From positions 1,962-65,961 of the forward strand of contig JAURNR010000054.1 in assembly GCA_030830065.1 (NCBI GenBank): 64,000 nt of DNA. The letters run 5' to 3'. How positions within the stretch are numbered: the stretch's first letter is position 1; each line of letters opens with the position of its first letter. The position numbers and the translations under genes are program-made. This DNA comes from Bacteroidota bacterium (lineage in GTDB: Bacteria > Bacteroidota > Bacteroidia > NS11-12g > UBA955). This document shows, piece by piece, positions 57,224 through 64,000 of the stretch. Below the pieces are notes generated by a model. It had not been told where the DNA came from, ran no database searches, and saw only the letters and a program-made list of their open reading frames with translations.

Positions 57224-58966
57224 TTAGTAACTATCATACTTGTATTTCCTGCGTAGATCTTGGTATAACTTTTCATCATAAGAGTATACGTCGAAGTTAA
57301 ATTGAATAGCTTTGTCCTCTTCAGTAACCCAGGCAGTTCTATAATCAAAATAAACAGGAATTGATTTTTTCATAGAAATAGTAATGGGTTCGCTGCCATC
57401 AAATGTATCAGATTCGGTTCGTTTTTCTTCATCGTAAAGGATTTCCGGAATTCTCTGATCATCTTCCTTATTTTTTGCCAATAAATACCGCGCCATTTCG
57501 AGGGGATTTTCCAAACGAACACAACCATGACTTACCCAACGATATGGGTGTTTAAATGCCCACTTATTTGGGGTATCATGCATATAAATACTCATATCAT
57601 TTATGATGTTGAATTTTAATAATCCCAACGAATTATGAGTTCCAGGTGTTTGTCTAAAAATAAATGGTAATTTTTTGGGGTTAAGTCTTCGCCATTTAAT
57701 ACCGGAATCTGAAATTACTTCTTTACCTCTTACGAGTTCGTAATGGTTTTTTCTTATGTACGAGGTATCTCTTAAAATGGCAGGATAAATTTCTTTATGA
57801 CTTATGCTGTGGGGAACGCGCCAATATGGGTATGCTTGAACAAAATTGATATATGAAACAATCTGAGGCGTGCGCATATCAGTTTTTTTATCTGGTCTTC
57901 GGCCTGAACAGGTTTTAAAAATAACGACCGAATCTTTTGCTTTTAGCCGAACTTGGGCCGCTGCGAGATTTACCCAAACATATCTCTGATTAATATTGAA
58001 ATGGTTAAGCCACCGTTCTCTTTCTAAAGCAATTTGAAGTTTAATGAGCTTTTTTCGATTATCAAGAAACAACATCTCATAAGTTTCAGCTCCTATTTTG
58101 CCGTCCGCAACGTAGTTGTTTTCTTTTTGCCATTTGGTGATATATTTTGAAAGAGTATCGTCAAACAGAGTAATGGTATCCGCTACCACAGGGTAACCAA
58201 GATTTGATAATTGTTTCTTGATAAAAATAATTCTAGGGTTATATTCACCTAAGAGTAACGTGTTTTCAAATAGTGGAATTTTTAGTGGTTTGATATCATC
58301 TTTATCTAGTCGTATTTTACGGAATGCTGCCTTTAAAATTTGATATTTATTTGTTCTTACGGTTTGAATAAACATTGAGTCCAAATCCATTTCCGAAATG
58401 CTATCTAAATAGTTTTGTGGTATAGATTTCTTTATTCTTTTTCTCTGATATATACTGAGATATTTCTCAGGATTTAACATTCCCCAATCCGACCATTTTT
58501 TCAAACTTAGAATTGCATGAGATAATACAATATCTATCTTGATGGGCAAATCTTCTTGAATACGCAGATTCGTATCAGCAAAGTTTGGTTGTTTATTCAG
58601 AAAGTTTAAAACTAACGGTTTAATTGGGAATCCTTCATCTGCAAGTGTATCAAACAGTTTAACTAGTTTATCACGGTACTTAGAATCTTGTATATATTTT
58701 AAACCATATAGTCTTGTGTACTTCCTCCGAATCATAAATTCTTTAACTGAAGAATCCATTAGTATTGAATCAGTCAGTTTATTAAGATTAGATTCGATAC
58801 CGTTTTCCCAATTAGTTGCTTTAATTTCGCTAATTTTTTTTCCAACAGGAATATTTTCAGATTCTCCTGAGCACGAAAAAAATACAATTGTAGAACAGAG
58901 CAATATTAATGTTAAAACTATGTGATGTTTTAGTCTATCCATCGAATGATTCCTAATATAATTCAA
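57224..58966 (-). CDS. L,D-transpeptidase (YkuD domain, YcbB-like large form)
   Basis: Catalytic motif SHGCVRLENP and a PG-binding-like helical region. The start is either 58966 or MDRLKHH at 58942. Confidence 0.8.
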   Translation of the reverse strand: MNYIRNHSMDRLKHHIVLTLILLCSTIVFFSCSGESENIPVGKKISEIKATNWENGIESNLNKLTDSILMDSSVKEFMIRRKYTRLYGLKYIQDSKYRDKLVKLFDTLADEGFPIKPLVLNFLNKQPNFADTNLRIQEDLPIKIDIVLSHAILSLKKWSDWGMLNPEKYLSIYQRKRIKKSIPQNYLDSISEMDLDSMFIQTVRTNKYQILKAAFRKIRLDKDDIKPLKIPLFENTLLLGEYNPRIIFIKKQLSNLGYPVVADTITLFDDTLSKYITKWQKENNYVADGKIGAETYEMLFLDNRKKLIKLQIALERERWLNHFNINQRYVWVNLAAAQVRLKAKDSVVIFKTCSGRRPDKKTDMRTPQIVSYINFVQAYPYWRVPHSISHKEIYPAILRDTSYIRKNHYELVRGKEVISDSGIKWRRLNPKKLPFIFRQTPGTHNSLGLLKFNIINDMSIYMHDTPNKWAFKHPYRWVSHGCVRLENPLEMARYLLAKNKEDDQRIPEILYDEEKRTESDTFDGSEPITISMKKSIPVYFDYRTAWVTEEDKAIQFNFDVYSYDEKLYQDLRRKYKYDSY

Positions 58967-59007
58967 CTCTATTATATATTAGCAATTTGAGTGTGATTAT
59001 TGAGTAA

Positions 59008-59874
59008 ATGAGCATAAAAACTTTATTAACGGTCATTTTTTGTTCCATTATTTTTGATGTGGTTGGTCAAGATACTATCACAATCGACAGTAATCGAAAC
59101 CTAAGAGAAATATCTCAAGATTCTATTATAGAAGATGTTAAGGAATTAGAATATTGGGATAATGATAATTTATTTCCATATTACGATGTAAAGGTTGAAG
59201 ATGTTGACAGTTTTGAAGTTTGTTTGAAACGAGATACTTCATTAAGATTTGTTATTCCACACCATGGAAGAATTAGTTCTCGTTTTGGTCCTCGTCGAGG
59301 AAGATTGCATAAAGGGTTTGATATTCGTTTAACTATTGGCGATTCTGTTTTAGCTGTCTATCCAGGAGTTGTTCGTTATGCAAAATATAACAAAGGGGGA
59401 TATGGTAAACTGATAGTAATTAGACATCCCAACGGTCTTGAATCTTATTACGCTCACTTAAATAATATTTTGGTTTCGCCCAATGAAGAGGTAAAATCAG
59501 GTCAATTAATTGGTAAAGGTGGGAGAACCGCAGTAAGAAGGAGTTCACCACATCTACATTTTGAGTTACGCTTTATGGATCATCCCATAAATCCAGATTC
59601 ACTCTTTAACTGGGAAACAGGAGAGCCGTGGTCTGATACTATATGTTTAACAGCGTACAAATTAAGATTTCCTGCATATGGTTCTGGCGGTTACGGAAGA
59701 AATATTCACAATAAAAACGGTACTTCTTCATCTAGATTTTACAAAATTAGAAAGGGTGATACACTATATGGTATAGCGTTGAAGCATCATACTACAGTGA
59801 ATCGCCTTTGTCAATTAAACGGTATTCGAAGAAATACGATATTGAGAATTGGTAGGGTGTTACAACTACCGTAA
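59008..59874 (+). CDS. M23 metallopeptidase with C-terminal LysM domain
   Basis: HKGFDI (HxxxD) and PHLHFEL (HxH) motifs. The LysM domain reads YKIRKGDTLYGIALKHHTTVNRLCQLNGI. Confidence 0.85.
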   Translation: MSIKTLLTVIFCSIIFDVVGQDTITIDSNRNLREISQDSIIEDVKELEYWDNDNLFPYYDVKVEDVDSFEVCLKRDTSLRFVIPHHGRISSRFGPRRGRLHKGFDIRLTIGDSVLAVYPGVVRYAKYNKGGYGKLIVIRHPNGLESYYAHLNNILVSPNEEVKSGQLIGKGGRTAVRRSSPHLHFELRFMDHPINPDSLFNWETGEPWSDTICLTAYKLRFPAYGSGGYGRNIHNKNGTSSSRFYKIRKGDTLYGIALKHHTTVNRLCQLNGIRRNTILRIGRVLQLP

Positions 59875-59878
59875 ATGA

Positions 59879-60331
59879 TTATTTACGGATAAAAGTAAGG
59901 GTAGTTCTATAGAGCTCCCCAATAGATGGTTCATCCCATTCTTGCACCAAAACCAATTGCTCAGCAGTAACAGTTTTTACATTTAATGTGTCGTTATATG
60001 ATGAATCTTCATCATCAAAAATAATAACTTCATTGTTTGCATAAGTGAACGTGTATGTTTGTTCAAGGGTATCTTCTTCATAAAAATTTACAGTGCCGTT
60101 CGAAAGAAACTCTACTGTTTCGTCATCAGGATTAAAATCATAAGTATTAGATTCCACTAACTGGTTGATGTAATATAGTTCTTCAAATTCCGTAGTTAAG
60201 CCCCATCTCCCATATATGCTAGAGTTTGATGTATCGGTATTTTCACGTGGCTCTTTTTTACAAGAAATGAGTGTGCTTGTTAACGCAAGGAAGCCGATGA
60301 ATATCTGCTTTATGGTTTTATAATTACCCAT
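59879..60331 (-). CDS. Small lipoprotein, unknown function (lipocalin-like size)
   Basis: MGNYKTIKQIFIGFLALTSTLIS/C lipobox. ATG at 60329-60331 preferred over the track TTG. Confidence 0.4.
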   Translation of the reverse strand: MGNYKTIKQIFIGFLALTSTLISCKKEPRENTDTSNSSIYGRWGLTTEFEELYYINQLVESNTYDFNPDDETVEFLSNGTVNFYEEDTLEQTYTFTYANNEVIIFDDEDSSYNDTLNVKTVTAEQLVLVQEWDEPSIGELYRTTLTFIRK

Positions 60332-60354
60332 ATGCAAATTTAAGGAATTGTTGA

Positions 60355-60699
60355 TTAATTTAGTATTGCAACCACAGGATAGTGGTCGGATAAATATTTT
60401 ATTGGACTTTCTGAATTTCTTAAAAAATAATCAATTTTATACTCAATAGTATTGGAATTTTTAGAAAATATATAGTCAATTCTTTTCTGATTTATTGGTT
60501 CATTTTTATGAAATCCGTTGAAGGTGCCTTTTGAAATTTGGTTGGTGCCAAGGTCATCCATTCTTTTTGAAATCCATCGGATAGGTTTTGATGAAGGTAG
60601 TAAATTAAAATCACCCATGAGCACTATCTTGGTAGAGTCGTTAGACCATTTTTGTATATGTTTGTAAATGAGCTTCATGCTTTTACGTCTAGGAAGCAT
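60355..60699 (-). pseudogene. 3' remnant of an endonuclease/exonuclease/phosphatase (EEP) family gene
   Basis: The 114-aa ORF contains only the C-terminal third of an EEP fold (VLMGDFNLLP ... IDYIF ... SDHYPVVAILN). The N-terminal catalytic Asn/Glu region is absent and nothing upstream supplies it. Confidence 0.55.
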
Positions 60700-60884
60700 T
60701 AAATTTTAATATCCCTTTAGGCAGTAAAATTGTTGGTATCCGCAGAATTGATGGTGTGCTGTTACCTGTAGATTTAAATTTTGATAGAATTTCGGTTAAA
60801 CATTTAAGTTCAGGAACATATAATTTATTGTGGAAGGATAGAGATAATAGAATACATACAGAACGATTCATAAAATTAGAATGA
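60693..60884 (+). pseudogene. Orphan T9SS C-terminal sorting domain remnant (no upstream cargo domain, no start codon)
   Basis: Own translation of the plus frame: EALNFNIPLGSKIVGIRRIDGVLLPVDLNFDRISVKHLSSGTYNLLWKDRDNRIHTERFIKLE*. It resembles the CTD of the gene at 61300-63093 (...IDVQSLKPGIYFLRIKGQSLKVIIR). The frame opens just after a TAG at 60690. Confidence 0.4.
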
Positions 60885-61249
60885 GATTATTAGTTTTAGC
60901 CTTAATAGCGGCATTGTCAATCACTTCATGTGATGAGCAAGATGTATTGTGTACTATGGAATTCCGTATGCTCAGCGTTGAGGTTTCAGGTGATTCAACT
61001 GTAAGAATGTATACCGTTGATGTTCGAAATAAAGATACTATAGAGGGATACGAAATATTTGACTCTAATTGGTGTTTTGCCGATGATGGTGAATGGTTTA
61101 ATCGGTTGAAAAGGGATGAAAAACGAACGATAAATATTGTGGCTCTTAGTAAAAGTGGAAAGACGGTAAAAGCTGAATGCGTAATTACTCGTGATGCCTG
61201 TCATATAGACAAAGTTGCTGGTCCAAAAAGTATTGAATATCCTTTATAG
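60881..61249 (+). CDS. Small lipoprotein, unknown function
   Basis: MRLLVLALIAALSITS/C lipobox. 122 aa with 4 further Cys. Confidence 0.45.
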   Translation: MRLLVLALIAALSITSCDEQDVLCTMEFRMLSVEVSGDSTVRMYTVDVRNKDTIEGYEIFDSNWCFADDGEWFNRLKRDEKRTINIVALSKSGKTVKAECVITRDACHIDKVAGPKSIEYPL

Positions 61250-61299
61250 AACGCTATTATGCCGCAAGGTTTAAAATAGTCGATCTTGATAAATTTATA

Positions 61300-63093
61300 T
61301 CAACGTATTATAACCTTTAAGGATTGACCTTTAATTCTTAAAAAATAAATTCCTGGTTTTAATGATTGAACATCAATAGATTGTTCAGGTTTTATTATCC
61401 CGGTTAGGATTGTTTTTCCTATGCTGTTGAACAAATAATATTCTGAGGGATAAACTAAACCTGATAATTGCATTTTATTGTTTGCCGGATTAGGAAATAC
61501 TGATATTGTGGAGTATTTTAATTCTTTATCAAGTGTTAATATTTCTGGGTTCCCACATGCTCCTGCAAAGTAATTTTCTTTTTCAAATCTTTCGGTAGCG
61601 GCAACTTTTGAAGTTTTCATTTGGTTAGGCAGCCCAATTTTACCCCAATGATTTTCACTTACGAATTTTGGTTTTTTTGTGTAGAAATAACTGATATCTG
61701 AGAGGCTATCGGTACCTGCTGGTGATACAGTGCCTTTATTATTATTTGCAAAAGTGAATTGATCTCTGCCCTGAATAGTGTAATTCACTGCACTGTATGG
61801 AAAATCTGTATTAGGTATTTCATTACCAATAAAATTTTGTGAAGGACTCGAAGTATCTGAAAAGAAAATTCCAAACAATGAAGCACGGTTTCTCAAGAAA
61901 GTATTATGTGGTCCATTGGATCCGTGAGAATTATCTACAACAATATTTTGCACATCATTTTGTTCGAACAAATTTGCAAAAACATAATTACCATGTAGTA
62001 CAAGGTCTCCAGCAGAATTCGATGGAAAAATGGGATTTACTCCAGTCCAAAATGGATCCGTTGAAAAATTATATGAAATAACATTGCCATTAGCTCCTGA
62101 TTGAAGAATAATGCTGTGTCGAAGATGTTTAAAAATGTTGTTTTCAATCAAACATTCATTGGTGGTAGATTGCAGAACAACTCCATAAGCTCTGCCTCCC
62201 CCTCCGTAATCAAATGCATCATGGAAAAAACATCGCTCTATCTTTGATTTAGTAACGGCATTAAATTCAACATGGCCAAAGGTTGTATTATATGATTCAA
62301 TACCACTAATCCAAGTATTTGCAGCATAACTAAAATGAATATTACTCGATTGTTGGGGAGCGGTATTGTCAATTCTTTCAATGGAAAAACATTCGAGCCC
62401 GATATTCTCATTTATTTTAAGCTTGATAATCTTTGGCTTTCGGATTACAGGATAGTTTAATCGTAATTCTGATTCAAAAAATACAGTGTCTTCAACGATG
62501 GTATCAATTTGAACTATCTGCCCAACAGTTTCTCTTGCCCAGGAGGAAAAAACCAAGTCTGAATCATTTTGATATATTTTAACCCAATCACCTTGAGAAA
62601 AACTATTAGTATTATTGATAAGTATATAATCTTCTCCATTATTTGCGCTTGACTTAAGAGAACTGGTATCTGATTTAAGCGGAATACCCGAAGCATTAAT
62701 TGAGTGTCCCGAACCATTTAGGTTAAAAATGAAACGAGTTGAATTTGCACCGTCTCCCGAAATAATACAGTTACTCGGTAATTCTAACGTAGAATTAAAT
62801 AAATAAGTACCGGTAGGAAAATATAGGTGTTTACCTATTGTGCCATCAATTTTTAGTAAGCTATCAATTTTTTCATCCACTGCAACTTTTCCTGTAGTAT
62901 CAATTTTGAGATCTACAACATTAAATAAAGTAAATCCAATTGTATTGGTATCTTTTAATCCGGCACTTTTCCAATTCACAGATCTGTGATTGGGTAATAC
63001 TTGAGCTTTGATAGAAAAAAACCAAAAACAGATTAAAAGAAATACATTGAATTTCTTTGGAATGGATGGATTAATAATAATCAGCTTGGTCAA
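61300..63093 (-). CDS. Right-handed parallel beta-helix (pectate-lyase-fold) protein with T9SS C-terminal sorting domain
   Basis: TTG start and a signal peptide. The N-terminal pectate_lyase_3-like region is GKHLYFPTGTYLFNSTLELPSNCIISGDG, followed by beta-helix repeats. The CTD reads ISVFPNPANNKMQL...GIYFLRIKGQSLKVIIR. Confidence 0.7.
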   Translation of the reverse strand: MTKLIIINPSIPKKFNVFLLICFWFFSIKAQVLPNHRSVNWKSAGLKDTNTIGFTLFNVVDLKIDTTGKVAVDEKIDSLLKIDGTIGKHLYFPTGTYLFNSTLELPSNCIISGDGANSTRFIFNLNGSGHSINASGIPLKSDTSSLKSSANNGEDYILINNTNSFSQGDWVKIYQNDSDLVFSSWARETVGQIVQIDTIVEDTVFFESELRLNYPVIRKPKIIKLKINENIGLECFSIERIDNTAPQQSSNIHFSYAANTWISGIESYNTTFGHVEFNAVTKSKIERCFFHDAFDYGGGGRAYGVVLQSTTNECLIENNIFKHLRHSIILQSGANGNVISYNFSTDPFWTGVNPIFPSNSAGDLVLHGNYVFANLFEQNDVQNIVVDNSHGSNGPHNTFLRNRASLFGIFFSDTSSPSQNFIGNEIPNTDFPYSAVNYTIQGRDQFTFANNNKGTVSPAGTDSLSDISYFYTKKPKFVSENHWGKIGLPNQMKTSKVAATERFEKENYFAGACGNPEILTLDKELKYSTISVFPNPANNKMQLSGLVYPSEYYLFNSIGKTILTGIIKPEQSIDVQSLKPGIYFLRIKGQSLKVIIR

Positions 63094-63115
63094 AATCAGG
63101 ATTTTTTCTTTTCGA

Positions 63116-63123
63116 CAAAATTA
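63116..63123 (-). promoter_or_regulatory. -7 promoter box (TAATTTTG on minus strand), 22 nt upstream of TTG 63093
   Basis: The plus strand reads CAAAATTA, whose reverse complement matches TAnnTTTG. Confidence 0.35.
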
Positions 63124-63260
63124 CGAAATATAGATTATGAGCTAAAATGAAAGCATCTTAATTTAATTGAAAAGCCCAAAAAACATAGCTTTTAGGCACA
63201 TAAATATTGAGAAATTTTCGATCTGAGTTAATTCTTACAGTTCAGCAAAGTTTTCAAGCT

Positions 63261-63268
63261 TAAATTTG
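63261..63268 (+). promoter_or_regulatory. -7 promoter box TAAATTTG, 8 nt upstream of ATG 63277
   Basis: Exact TAnnTTTG match. Confidence 0.45.
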
Positions 63269-63276
63269 TATTAAAT

Positions 63277-64000
63277 ATGTTTCAATTTCACCCTAAAAAA
63301 CTCTTAATTCTTGTATTGATTTGTATTACTAGGTTGGGTTTTTCATACAACATAACATTCCGTGTCGACATGAATAACGAAGTACTATCAACTAACGGGA
63401 TTCATATTGGAGGAAATTTTCAATCTGAAGCAGGGTTTCCTTCAAACTGGGACCCAAGTACTACTCAAATGTTGGATAATGATGGCGATAATATATTTGA
63501 GATTACTCTTGATATTCCTGCAGGTTACTGGGAATTTAAATATATAAACGGGAATGTATGGCCAGCAGCTGAAAACGCACAAGGTTCTTGCACTGTTGGC
63601 GGCACCAACAATAGATTCTTGACCGTTTCCAATTCAGATTCAATTTTAGAGATAGTAGTTTTCAATAAATGTCCTCAAAATTCTAACAGCAGTGAATTCA
63701 GTTATCCGGATACCACAGGAACATTAAAATGGTGGAATGAACGAGTATTTTATGAAATATTTGTTAGAAGTTTTGCAGATTCTGATGGTGATGGAATTGG
63801 CGATTTCCAAGGAATTATAGATCACATAAATTACCTAAACGATAATAACCCTAACACAAATACGGATCTTGGAATTGGCGGTATATGGTTAATGCCCATG
63901 ATGGAGTCAAGCAGTTATCATGGCTACGACGTGGAAGATTATTATTCCGTTGAACAGGATTATGGAACTATATCAGATTTCCAACGACTACTTGATACTT
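63277..64000 (+). CDS. GH13 alpha-amylase family enzyme with N-terminal carbohydrate-binding-like domain (3' end off window)
   Basis: Own translation: [17 protein letters not shown]... then a beta-sandwich-like [10 protein letters not shown]...WEFKYING, then GH13 N-terminal motifs [28 protein letters not shown]...[22 protein letters not shown]. Absent from the ORF track because no stop codon falls in the window. Confidence 0.8.
   Translation, partial: MFQFHPKKLLILVLICITRLGFSYNITFRVDMNNEVLSTNGIHIGGNFQSEAGFPSNWDPSTTQMLDNDGDNIFEITLDIPAGYWEFKYINGNVWPAAENAQGSCTVGGTNNRFLTVSNSDSILEIVVFNKCPQNSNSSEFSYPDTTGTLKWWNERVFYEIFVRSFADSDGDGIGDFQGIIDHINYLNDNNPNTNTDLGIGGIWLMPMMESSSYHGYDVEDYYSVEQDYGTISDFQRLLDT

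Noticed and set aside
60689-60871. 60-aa minus-strand ORF as a possible frameshifted N-terminal part of the EEP gene
   Set aside because: Its translation has none of the EEP N-terminal motifs, whereas the opposite strand reads convincingly as a T9SS C-terminal domain. I interpret it as the shadow of that remnant.
1-64000. CRISPR arrays, IS elements, prophage, toxin-antitoxin pairs, restriction-modification or other known defence systems
   Set aside because: By eye I saw no direct-repeat arrays, and no transposase, integrase, nuclease-helicase or methyltransferase-endonuclease pairs. Intergenic regions are all under ~185 nt. I could not run a computational repeat search.

Overview
AT-rich, very gene-dense chromosomal segment from a Bacteroidota genome, probably Flavobacteriia-like. 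The phylum call rests on T9SS C-terminal sorting domains, a PorX-type regulator, TAnnTTTG (-7) promoter boxes, absent Shine-Dalgarno sequences and a MurF-like/Alr fusion. I call about 60 protein genes (two run off the window edges), one tRNA-Leu(GAG), two clear hairpin terminators and a set of promoter boxes. I saw no rRNA, CRISPR array, transposase, integrase, prophage or recognisable defence island. Most of the content is core housekeeping: tilS, selD, pdhB, glyA, queA, rsmA, recA, radC, gcvP, tsaE, xth, purM. The largest unit is one ~8.9 kb operon (27571-36432) holding the whole A-family cytochrome c oxidase with haem A synthesis and assembly genes. Only the last ~4 kb looks accessory: T9SS cargo, an alpha-amylase and two gene remnants. 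I did not find an unambiguous new system. The best candidates are (1) three translationally coupled uncharacterised membrane proteins closing the oxidase operon (DUF420, a 78-aa CPMC peptide, a DUF983 zinc ribbon), and (2) a DUF4836 lipoprotein + degenerate ABC ATPase + LolC/MacB-type permease operon just downstream of porX-tsaE. Other observations: -7 boxes sit 4-9 nt from the start codon of many genes (implying leaderless mRNAs), convergent genes have abutting or overlapping stop codons, a deletion scar joins two 3' gene remnants, and a YfhO-GT2 pair is translationally coupled. All family assignments come from reading motifs in the supplied translations and from memory. No searches were run.
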